Positions 29,049 through 37,074 of a stretch of 64,000 nucleotides of DNA are shown here, one piece after another (the stretch's first letter is position 1; each line of letters begins with the position of its first letter). The stretch spans positions 17,436-81,435 of the forward strand of contig JAGBHE010000026.1 in NCBI GenBank assembly GCA_017935675.1, read 5' to 3'. The notes under the pieces are model-generated. The model had not been told where the DNA came from, ran no database searches, and worked only from the letters and a program-made list of their open reading frames with translations. The position numbers were made by a program, and so were the translations under genes. Source of the stretch: Clostridia bacterium (GTDB lineage Bacteria > Bacillota > Clostridia > UBA1381).

Positions 29049-29990
29049 ATGCGTAGCAAAATTGAAAAAACACATCAACGCAGATTAAAGGAAACCATTT
29101 TCCGCGACCTTAAGCAGAATGGTTCGCTGTATATTTTGATACTGCCGGTTTTAGCATTTTATATTATATTTGCATACGGTCCGATGTACGGCGCGCTTAT
29201 AGCATTTAAGGATTTTTCTCCTGCAAAGGGAATTTTGGGAAGTAACTGGGTAGGTTTGGCGCATTTTAAAGATTTTCTGACAAGTCATTATTTTTTCAGA
29301 TTACTGAAAAATACTCTGACTATCAGTATTTCAACACTTGTTGTAACTTTTCCGTCTGCTATTATATTCGCTTTGCTTATTAACGAAATAAGAACAAAGT
29401 GGTTTGCTAAAACAGTTCAGACTATAACCTATATGCCGCATTTTATTTCTTTGGTCGTAATGTGCGGTCTGGTAACGAATTTTACCTCATCAGGCGGAAT
29501 AATAAATGATTTGGCAGCTTTATTCAGATTTGAACGAAAGACACTCCTAAATGATCCGAGGTACTTTGTGCCTATTTATGTTGTATCTGATTTGTGGCAG
29601 CATATGGGTTGGAATTCAATTATTTATCTGGCGGCACTTGCAGGTATTGATCAGGGACTGTATGAGGCGGCAAGTCTTGACGGCGCGGGCCGCTTTCGTC
29701 AGACCATATTAATTACAATACCATGTATTATGCCGACTATAATAATTATGTTTATATTAGCGGTAGGCAAAATTGTAAATGTCGGTTATGAAAAAATTAT
29801 ATTACTGTATAACCCTGTCACATATGAGAAGGCAGACGTAATTTCCAGCTTTGTTTATAGAAAAGGTCTGGAGGATATGCAGTTCAGCTATTCTACAGCT
29901 GTCGGTTTGTTTAATTCACTGGTTACGTTTATTCTGGTTACAATAACAAACTTTTTGAGCCGTAAATATCAGGGAGTGGGGTTATGGTAA
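29049..29990 (+). CDS. Sugar ABC transporter permease (LplB/MalF-like)
   Basis: 313 aa, multiple TM helices, and the EAA-loop motif EAASLDGAGRFRQTILITIPCIMP. Confidence 0.85.
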   Translation: MRSKIEKTHQRRLKETIFRDLKQNGSLYILILPVLAFYIIFAYGPMYGALIAFKDFSPAKGILGSNWVGLAHFKDFLTSHYFFRLLKNTLTISISTLVVTFPSAIIFALLINEIRTKWFAKTVQTITYMPHFISLVVMCGLVTNFTSSGGIINDLAALFRFERKTLLNDPRYFVPIYVVSDLWQHMGWNSIIYLAALAGIDQGLYEAASLDGAGRFRQTILITIPCIMPTIIIMFILAVGKIVNVGYEKIILLYNPVTYEKADVISSFVYRKGLEDMQFSYSTAVGLFNSLVTFILVTITNFLSRKYQGVGLW

Positions 29991-30026
29991 ACAGAAAAAA
30001 GTTTAAATAAATTTTCGTTCACCGTA

Positions 30027-30066
30027 TCTTTTTAATGCACATATTTATATGTGTGCATTAAAAAGA
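30027..30066 (+). promoter_or_regulatory. Strong intercistronic hairpin between the two permease genes of locus A
   Basis: tctttttaatgcacatat / atgtgtgcattaaaaaga, 18-bp arms with one mismatch and a 4-nt loop. It sits inside a 143-nt gap. Confidence 0.6.
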
Positions 30067-30133
30067 GGTGCTATTAGGAATTTATTTGAAGCTTATGTTT
30101 GTGCTTTTTGGCACAGAAAGGAATGATTATAAA

Positions 30134-31015
30134 ATGTTAGATAAACCGACATGGCAACAGCGTATATTCGGAATAGTAAATGGCAGTATAATGATTATAC
30201 TGATGATAGTTATGTTCTATCCGGTGTGGTATGTATTCTGTGCGTCATTTTCCAATGCAAATGAATTTATAGCGTATGATGGTGTGCTGCTTTTGCCGAT
30301 TAAGCCGACGATAGCTGCATATGAGGGCGCTTTCAGACACCCTCTGATTTTTGATTCATATTTGAATACGCTGTTTATAGTTATCGTGGGAACGGCGCTC
30401 AGTACCATTTTGACAGCTATTGCTGCATATTTTATGAGTAGAAAAAACGTATTTTTTAAGCGGCCCATTTCTCTTATGATAATTTTTACGATGTATTTTA
30501 ACGGAGGACTTGTTCCGCTGTATTTAATCGTAAAGAATTTGGGACTTTTAGACAGCATTGCTTCATTGATTTTGCCATCGCTGCTTTCGGTATATAATAT
30601 AGTAGTAATGCGTGCCGGATTTGATTCTCTGCCGGATAGCATTGAGGAATCGGCTAAAATTGACGGAGCCGGACATATAATTATTCTGTTCCGGATTTTG
30701 CTCCCGATTGTATTGCCTACTGTTGCCGTTATAATATTGTATTACGGAGTAAGCTACTGGAATGCATGGTTTAATGCGTCAATATTTATGAAGAGCAGAA
30801 ATAAATTTCCGCTTCAGCTTGTTCTGAGACAAATATTGCTTGAGAATGAGACGAATGAAATGTCATCAGGAATTGATACGGGAGACCAAATGGCATTAAG
30901 CGAAACAATCAAGCATGCAGTCACAATGATTGCAACTATACCTGTACTGTGCCTGTATCCGCTTTTGCAGAAATACTTTATTAAAGGTATAATGATAGGC
31001 GCTGTTAAGGGATAA
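30134..31015 (+). CDS. Sugar ABC transporter permease (LplC/MalG-like)
   Basis: 293 aa from ATG 30134. TM-rich, with EAA-loop ESAKIDGAGHIIILFRILLPIVLP. Confidence 0.85.
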   Translation: MLDKPTWQQRIFGIVNGSIMIILMIVMFYPVWYVFCASFSNANEFIAYDGVLLLPIKPTIAAYEGAFRHPLIFDSYLNTLFIVIVGTALSTILTAIAAYFMSRKNVFFKRPISLMIIFTMYFNGGLVPLYLIVKNLGLLDSIASLILPSLLSVYNIVVMRAGFDSLPDSIEESAKIDGAGHIIILFRILLPIVLPTVAVIILYYGVSYWNAWFNASIFMKSRNKFPLQLVLRQILLENETNEMSSGIDTGDQMALSETIKHAVTMIATIPVLCLYPLLQKYFIKGIMIGAVKG

Positions 31016-31092
31016 GTGCGCCCAGAAAAGGGAGGACTTCACATCGTGAGGTGTGATTTCACTTGATTGAATGAAAAAAACGGTTCATTTCT

Positions 31093-31121
31093 AACACAAT
31101 AGAACAACCATCCCCTTGTGT
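31093..31121 (-). repeat. Degenerate copy of the palindromic hairpin element, at the left edge of the right direct repeat
   Basis: aacacaatagaacaaccatccccttgtgt versus consensus aacacaagagaaccgtccccttgtgtt (one substitution in the left arm, loop altered and 2 nt longer). Confidence 0.55.
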
Positions 31122-31124
31122 AAT

Positions 31125-31325
31125 GTAGCAGGAAGATGCGTAGGTGCTGAGCGGGAAATGTTAGGGTCGATGAGGGTTATGCCCTGCTGCTTTATTACCG
31201 GAATGGCGGCAGGCGCCGCATCAGCGCTTGCAGTGCGTCAGGCGGAGGATATAAGAAGCATAAGTATAAAAAATCTTCAGGATAAGCTTATTGAATTGTG
31301 AGCATATCTTCCGTTTAGCCGATAG
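31125..31325 (+). pseudogene. Duplicated 3' fragment of the FAD-oxidoreductase gene (non-functional)
   Basis: Corresponds to codons for ..VAGRCVGAEREMLGSMRVMPCCFITGMAAGAASALAVRQAEDIRSISI(E>K)NLQDKLIEL, with a premature TGA at 31299-31301. It has no N-terminal 85% of the protein and no RBS or start context. Confidence 0.9.
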
Positions 31326-31328
31326 TTT

Positions 31329-31385
31329 AAACAACCATCTTTATTTGAACTGTATGTGTTTGAATAAAGATGGTTGTTTTTGTTT
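31329..31385 (+). terminator. Duplicate copy of the locus-0 terminator, now positioned after locus A
   Basis: Identical to 9783-9839. Confidence 0.8.
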
Positions 31386-31387
31386 AT

Positions 31388-31415
31388 GAACACAAGGGGA
31401 CGGTTCTCTTGTGTT
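31388..31415 (+). repeat. Palindromic hairpin element, copy 2
   Basis: Identical to 9842-9869. Confidence 0.9.
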
Positions 31416-31548
31416 ACAAATCATCTTTTAAAGTGAATTCCATCGCAAATTATACTGTTGCATTTACTTTGCAAATTTCCTATTACCGGATATAAGAAAT
31501 AGTTTCCTTGATATAATAATCGTCTCAGGTATATATTTATGAATATCT

Positions 31549-31782
31549 TTATTTGGATTGTCTAAAATCAAGCAATTCACTTTCTGTAATATCAAGCGCA
31601 CTTGCTAAAAGGCATATTTTTCCAAATGTATCTCCCGTAAACATATTAGGATTTTCTAATTTGCGTATTGTTGAAATGCTGACCTTTGCTTTTTCTGCTA
31701 ATTGTTCTTGTGTCATTAGCCTTAATTTTCTATAATAGGCAATATTCAACCCTAAAGCTATTAATTTTTCACCATAAGTCAT
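31549..31782 (-). CDS. Small XRE-family helix-turn-helix transcriptional regulator
   Basis: 77 aa. HTH_3-type sequence YRKLRLMTQEQLAEKAKVSISTIRKLE. It is the only minus-strand gene within the PUL super-cluster. Confidence 0.75.
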   Translation of the reverse strand: MTYGEKLIALGLNIAYYRKLRLMTQEQLAEKAKVSISTIRKLENPNMFTGDTFGKICLLASALDITESELLDFRQSK

Positions 31783-31862
31783 TGTTTAAGCACCTTTATT
31801 ATTTGAATTTTTAATGTATTAATTATATAACAATTTCGTCAAATTATACATATCCTACATAT

Positions 31863-31895
31863 GGCTAAATAATCAATCATATTGATTATTTAGCC
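31863..31895. promoter_or_regulatory. Perfect 15-bp-arm palindrome upstream of the XRE gene (candidate operator)
   Basis: ggctaaataatcaat cat attgattatttagcc, located 81 nt upstream of the XRE start codon. Confidence 0.5.
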
Positions 31896-31934
31896 TTTAC
31901 AAATAATTATATATACATATATATTACAATGATA

Positions 31935-31963
31935 GAACACAAGAGAACCGTCCCCTTGTGTTC
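31935..31963 (-). repeat. Palindromic hairpin element, copy in reverse orientation
   Basis: gaacacaagagaaccgtccccttgtgttc is the exact reverse complement of the 28-mer at 9842 and 31388. Confidence 0.9.
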
Positions 31964-32101
31964 CCGGAGATGGGGTATGTATGGTAATTAAAATAAAAAG
32001 TCGTATTTCGCCCCTATAAATTGTTATAAAAAAGTCGTACCTCGCCCTATTAATATCAAAATAAATATGATAAAATATAAATAAACAGTCTCATTATATT
32101 G

Positions 32102-32130
32102 TTGAATTATTTCATACTATTGTGTATAAT
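32102..32130 (+). promoter_or_regulatory. Candidate sigma-A promoter of locus B
   Basis: TTGAAT (32102-32107), a 17-nt spacer, then TATAAT (32125-32130). It lies 38 nt upstream of the response-regulator ATG. Confidence 0.45.
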
Positions 32131-32167
32131 ATTATTATATTATTTTGATTTTATGAAAGGGTAAAAA

Positions 32168-33355
32168 ATGATACATGCTATTATAATTGACGATGAAAGC
32201 ATCGCGAGGGAAACGCTGTATAAATACTGCAGAAAATATGCACCGAATTTTGAGATTGTAAAAAGCTTTGATAATGGTGCCGATGCTATTTCGTATTTAG
32301 AATCCAATGATGTGGATTTAGTGTTTACCGATATAAAAATGCCCGGAATATCCGGCATAGATATTACAAAGTGGATTTATGAAAACAAGCCGTATATAAA
32401 GGTTGTTGTAGTCAGCGGATACAGCGATTTTTATTATGCTAAGCAGGCAATGGACTATGGTGCGGTATATTACCTTTTGAAGGTAATTGATATTGACAGC
32501 TTCAAAAGTCTTGTAAATAAAATTACAAGAGAGTATAATCAAAGGTTATATAACTATAAAACCGTAGAATTAAAAGAGTTTTTCTTTGATGTTATTTACG
32601 GTGCATTTAACAGCTATACACAAATGAGTGATAGGTTCAGGGAAGTATGCCAATTGTTGGAGGGAGATGCGTGCTGCAGATTAATTAATATAAATTTTAA
32701 TGAATTAGATTCATTTCTTAATGATAAATGGCATTACAGCAAAGAGAGATTTCAAAATGCCATAGTTAATATTATTCAAAAGACATATTGCGAATGCTTC
32801 GCCATGCCGATTGGTGAAAACAAATCCTTGTACGGATATTTGCTGCTTTTTCCGGGCTCTGATTCCAAACAGATACAGAATACGGTGATTATTGAAAAAA
32901 TACATGAGATTATGGGGATGGGATGCACTATAAATTCTGAAGAGATGACTGTTGCACAGTTATATGATAAATATAATGACAGCAATGCCGCTTCAGAAAA
33001 AACAGAGCCCGGAAAAGTTGATACCGCAAACGGAAAAGTAAAAAATATTCTTGTTGAGCGGGTTAAAGAATATATAGAAAAAAATTATTCAAATGGCATA
33101 CTAAAGAATGATGTGGCTGATTACTTTAATATAAATAAAGACTATTTGGGGAGAAAATTTAAGGAGGAGACAGGCAAGAGTATAACCGAGTATATGCTTG
33201 AAATAAGAATTAACAAAGCCAAACAGCTTATAGAGCAAAACTACAGCTTTTCAGAAATATGCTACAGAGTCGGATATATAGATACAAGAAATTTCAGAAG
33301 ACTGTTTCAGAAGGCAACGGGAATGACAATGCAGGAGTATAAGGATAGTTTGTAA
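32168..33355 (+). CDS. Two-component response regulator with AraC-type HTH output (YesN-like)
   Basis: Receiver domain (IIDDESIARETL, DLVFTDIKMPGISGIDI) and C-terminal AraC HTH (ICYRVGYIDTRNFRRLFQKATGMTMQEYK). Confidence 0.88.
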   Translation: MIHAIIIDDESIARETLYKYCRKYAPNFEIVKSFDNGADAISYLESNDVDLVFTDIKMPGISGIDITKWIYENKPYIKVVVVSGYSDFYYAKQAMDYGAVYYLLKVIDIDSFKSLVNKITREYNQRLYNYKTVELKEFFFDVIYGAFNSYTQMSDRFREVCQLLEGDACCRLININFNELDSFLNDKWHYSKERFQNAIVNIIQKTYCECFAMPIGENKSLYGYLLLFPGSDSKQIQNTVIIEKIHEIMGMGCTINSEEMTVAQLYDKYNDSNAASEKTEPGKVDTANGKVKNILVERVKEYIEKNYSNGILKNDVADYFNINKDYLGRKFKEETGKSITEYMLEIRINKAKQLIEQNYSFSEICYRVGYIDTRNFRRLFQKATGMTMQEYKDSL

Positions 33356-33370
33356 AGGAGTAAAGCTGAA

Positions 33371-35092
33371 ATGCTGAATAAAAATTTTTCTGTTTTTTGG
33401 AGAAAGTATGGATTTAAAAGTATTGCGGTCAAAAACTCTTTAAAGTTATTTTGTGTTTTCCTTATGATACTTATCATACCGATTTCTATCATATACAATC
33501 TGACACTCAGTAATCTCAGGCAAAACAGTTTAAAGATGAGCGGGGACAATGTAAAGAAAATCGGTGCGACTCTGGAGACGCTGATACGTGATACAGAGTA
33601 TATGGCGGTTGAAATGCTTGCTGATAATGAGATAACATACTTCCTTACATCAACAAAACTAAATGATTATAATATAAATGACATTACAGATAAAATTGCA
33701 GCATATATGTCAGGGAAAAATATCATTCAATCGGTTTATTTATATAATGAAACAAACGATATGGTCTGCAATAATACAGAGTGTGTACCCTTTGCCCAAT
33801 TTGCGGATCAATCTTGGCGCAGGTATTATGAGTTGGAAATGCCGGAAAAGTATTATCTGTATTCAAGGAATATAGATAATACGGCGTATAATGTTTTTAC
33901 CCTGATAAAAAAGAAGGTAAACGGAAACGGCGGAATAATTCTGAATATTGATTTAAATGCCATGGAAAGATATATTTCAGAATTTTTCTTAGAGGATAAC
34001 GGCTTCTATATTGTTTCAAAAGATGGAGTTATGTACACTAATCTTTTGAAAAGCAAGCGTAATAACAAAATAGAAAAAAATATTGCCGAAATGATTAACA
34101 GCGATAAAACTGAGAAATTTATGACGGTTGACGGCGATAGAATATGCGTCTCAATAGGAAAATCTGATTATTACGGATGGTATTATGTAAATGTTATTCA
34201 TAGTATGAATGATGTCAGAGGAATACGCAGCACTTTTATTTTCGGTGTTATTATATTTCTGACAGTAATGTTTATATTGATTGCTTTGGCTGTTGTAATG
34301 TCGATGAATAACATATCTCAGATAATTAACATATTGGATTTGTTTGATAACAGAGAAATATATAATAATCTTACAAATAATGAGATTTCAGCGATAGCGA
34401 GTAAAATAATGCTGCTCATGGATGACAATGAGAAGTTGAAGAGTGAAGTGCAGTCAAGAAGCGAAGAATACGAAAAGTGGAAGATTAAAGCGCTGCAGAC
34501 GCAGATAACACCGCATTTTTTAAATAATACTCTTGCTGTTATAAATCTTAAAGTAATTGATACAATTGAAGATGATGAAGATATATCAAGAATGATATCA
34601 AGGCTTTCAAATATTCTTGATTATACTCTTATCACTGATAAAATATTTGTTACATTGAGAGAAGAGCTCAGTTTTATTGAAGCATATATTTCACTGCTTA
34701 AGCTCAGGTATAACAATTTAAGCATCAGTATAAATGTTCCCGATGAATTTATGGATTATTTTGTTCTGCGTATGTCACTTCAGCCTATTATTGAGAATGC
34801 GGTTTTTTATAATGGGAAGGAGTATGCCAATGTGTATGTCGAATGTGAGAAAAACGGGGATTTGCTTGAATTGACAATAACCGATAACGGTAACGGAATG
34901 CCGGAAAAAAGAATTGAGGAAATAAGGAAATCTTTTGAGGATGATGATACACAGCAGTCACCGATAGGTGTAAAGAATGTATTTAAACGTCTTAAGGCGG
35001 CATTCGGGAACCGGGCTGACATTAATATTATAAGTGAGGAGGGCGTATTCTCAAAGGTTATTTTGACAATACCGATTGGTGAAAAAAGATAA
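33371..35092 (+). CDS. Sensor histidine kinase (YesM/LytS-type His_kinase plus HATPase_c) with an extracytoplasmic sensor domain
   Basis: Two TM segments flank a domain of about 250 aa. Phospho-acceptor motif ALQTQITPHFLNNTLAVI and ATPase motif ITDNGNGMPEKRI. Confidence 0.88.
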   Translation: MLNKNFSVFWRKYGFKSIAVKNSLKLFCVFLMILIIPISIIYNLTLSNLRQNSLKMSGDNVKKIGATLETLIRDTEYMAVEMLADNEITYFLTSTKLNDYNINDITDKIAAYMSGKNIIQSVYLYNETNDMVCNNTECVPFAQFADQSWRRYYELEMPEKYYLYSRNIDNTAYNVFTLIKKKVNGNGGIILNIDLNAMERYISEFFLEDNGFYIVSKDGVMYTNLLKSKRNNKIEKNIAEMINSDKTEKFMTVDGDRICVSIGKSDYYGWYYVNVIHSMNDVRGIRSTFIFGVIIFLTVMFILIALAVVMSMNNISQIINILDLFDNREIYNNLTNNEISAIASKIMLLMDDNEKLKSEVQSRSEEYEKWKIKALQTQITPHFLNNTLAVINLKVIDTIEDDEDISRMISRLSNILDYTLITDKIFVTLREELSFIEAYISLLKLRYNNLSISINVPDEFMDYFVLRMSLQPIIENAVFYNGKEYANVYVECEKNGDLLELTITDNGNGMPEKRIEEIRKSFEDDDTQQSPIGVKNVFKRLKAAFGNRADINIISEEGVFSKVILTIPIGEKR

Positions 35093-35156
35093 AAGTATAT
35101 TAATACAGATTAACGCGATAATAACAGCATCTTAATGAAAGGATTTGTAGTGTGAA

Positions 35157-36107
35157 ATGAAAACCGGAAACAATGTAGCGTTTAATGCAAAAAGGTCATA
35201 TAAGAAAAGTGTGAAAAAGGATATCAGGCAAATGGATATGATGGTTTTGCCGGGTTTTTTACTGACACTTGTATTTTGTTATATACCGATGTTCGGAGTT
35301 ATTCTTGCGTTTAAAGACTTCAATCCGAATGTGGGTATTTTAGCCAGCAAATGGGTGGGGTTTGATAACTTTAAATTCTTCTTTGAATCAAATGACTGTC
35401 TGGTTCTTGTAAGGAACACGGTGCTGTATGCCCTGTGGTTTATAGTAGTCGGAAATTTTTCAAATATTGTTTTTGCCATACTTTGCTACAACATTAAAAG
35501 AAAATGGGCGCTTAAATATTATCAAACTACAGCGATACTGCCTACATTTATGTCGATTGTATTGGTTTCATATATAGTGTACGTAATTCTTGCCCCAAGA
35601 TCAGGTGTTTTAAACAGATTATTAACGAGCGTTGGATATCAGCCGGTAGACTGGTATGCAGATCCTAAATACTGGCCGTTTATTTTAACTCTGGTAAAGG
35701 TATGGAACGGTGTGGGCTACGGAAGCCTCCTGTACTATGCAACCATGGTCGGAATAGACGAGAGCTTGTTTGAGGCAGCAGAGATGGACGGAGCAAATAA
35801 AATGATGCAGATCATCCATATAATCATTCCTGAAATAATGGGGTTATTGTGCTTGCAGGTAATTATGGGAGTTGGTTATGCCATGAGCGGGGATTTTGGT
35901 TTGTTCTATCAGATTCCGAGAAATATCGGGCTGCTGTATCCGACAACTGATATATTGAATACATACATTTTCAGAGCCCTGCAGGCGGGGACAAGTATGG
36001 GAAGAACCACAGCAATAGGATTATTCCAATCTGTTTCGGGCGTCATTCTTCTTTTGGTATGCAATGCATTCATCAGAAAAGTTGACAGTGATAAGGCAAT
36101 GTTTTAA
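35157..36107 (+). CDS. Sugar ABC transporter permease (LplB-like)
   Basis: TM-rich, with EAA-loop EAAEMDGANKMMQIIHIIIPEIM. Confidence 0.85.
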   Translation: MKTGNNVAFNAKRSYKKSVKKDIRQMDMMVLPGFLLTLVFCYIPMFGVILAFKDFNPNVGILASKWVGFDNFKFFFESNDCLVLVRNTVLYALWFIVVGNFSNIVFAILCYNIKRKWALKYYQTTAILPTFMSIVLVSYIVYVILAPRSGVLNRLLTSVGYQPVDWYADPKYWPFILTLVKVWNGVGYGSLLYYATMVGIDESLFEAAEMDGANKMMQIIHIIIPEIMGLLCLQVIMGVGYAMSGDFGLFYQIPRNIGLLYPTTDILNTYIFRALQAGTSMGRTTAIGLFQSVSGVILLLVCNAFIRKVDSDKAMF

Positions 36108-36135
36108 TAAATGCCTGCGGAAAGGAATGATATTT

Positions 36136-37017
36136 ATGAAAAAGAAAAATTACGCGGGAAGGATAGTATTAAATGCTGTGCTGATACTGATGAGTTTAGG
36201 ATATATTGTCCCGATATTATTAATGATAGCCATTTCGTTTTCAAGTGAGCAATCGGTAAGAGACTACGGTTATATGTTAATTCCGAAACAGTTTTCACTT
36301 GAAGCATATTATCAGGTGTTTAAGAACCCGATGAAAATTATCAACGCATACAAGGTAACGATTTTATTTACGGTACTTGCAACAGCTCTTTCTGTAGTTA
36401 TACAGACCCTGATGGCATATCCCTTGTCCAGAGCAAATTATAATAAAAAGAAATTTCTTACCGTATATTTAATGATAACAATGTTTTTTAGCGGTGGTTT
36501 GGTACCGAGCTATATTTTGAATACGCAGTATCTGCATATAGGAAATACTTTTTGGATTTATATATTCCCGGGACTTGTGAGCGCATGGAATGTAATTTTG
36601 TTTAAAACATTTTTTAAGGGCTTGCCTGAGGGGTTGGTTGAAGCAGCGAAGCTTGACGGCGCGAGTGAATTTATGGTTTACAGAAGGATAATAATGCCTC
36701 TGTCAACTCCGATAATAGCTTGTATTGCATTTACAACGGCTCTTGCAAAGTGGAATGATTGGAATACATCGCTGCTTTATATAAGACGAAGTGATTTGTA
36801 CTCGCTTCAGTATTTACTGCAGAGGATAATTAATGAATCTGATTATATAAAGAGTATGCAGGGTACTGCAGCATCGTCCTTGGTTGGCACGGAGCTTCCG
36901 GCTGAGACTATGAAGTATGCTGTTGCAATATTAGCCGCCGGACCGATGATGATTGTGTTCCCGTTTTTTCAGAAATACTTTGCCAAGGGTCTTGTAGTAG
37001 GTTCCGTTAAGGGATAA
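36136..37017 (+). CDS. Sugar ABC transporter permease (LplC-like)
   Basis: ATG 36136 (MKKKNYAG..) lies after GGAAAGGAATG. EAA-loop EAAKLDGASEFMVYRRIIMPLSTP. The upstream ORF extension overlaps the previous gene and is unlikely to be translated. Confidence 0.85.
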   Translation: MKKKNYAGRIVLNAVLILMSLGYIVPILLMIAISFSSEQSVRDYGYMLIPKQFSLEAYYQVFKNPMKIINAYKVTILFTVLATALSVVIQTLMAYPLSRANYNKKKFLTVYLMITMFFSGGLVPSYILNTQYLHIGNTFWIYIFPGLVSAWNVILFKTFFKGLPEGLVEAAKLDGASEFMVYRRIIMPLSTPIIACIAFTTALAKWNDWNTSLLYIRRSDLYSLQYLLQRIINESDYIKSMQGTAASSLVGTELPAETMKYAVAILAAGPMMIVFPFFQKYFAKGLVVGSVKG

Positions 37018-37074
37018 TTAATGATATTTTTTATCACAATAAAAACAAATAAAGAGGAAAGGAAAGATTTAAAA

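Larger units (their letters stand above)
31125..31459 (+). repeat. Direct repeat, right copy (see 9579-9913)
   Basis: Same length as the left copy and 4 mismatches across 298 nt. Includes duplicate terminator and hairpin copies. Confidence 0.95.

Noticed and set aside
31116-31301. 61-aa ORF that could be called as a small gene
   Set aside because: It is a verbatim copy of the C-terminus of the FAD oxidoreductase with an acquired stop codon. It has no RBS or promoter context, so I treat it as a pseudogene fragment.
31549-31782. XRE gene as half of a toxin-antitoxin or phage/defence module
   Set aside because: There is no partner ORF on either side (the flanks are repeats and non-coding). There are also no phage, integrase or nuclease genes in the window.
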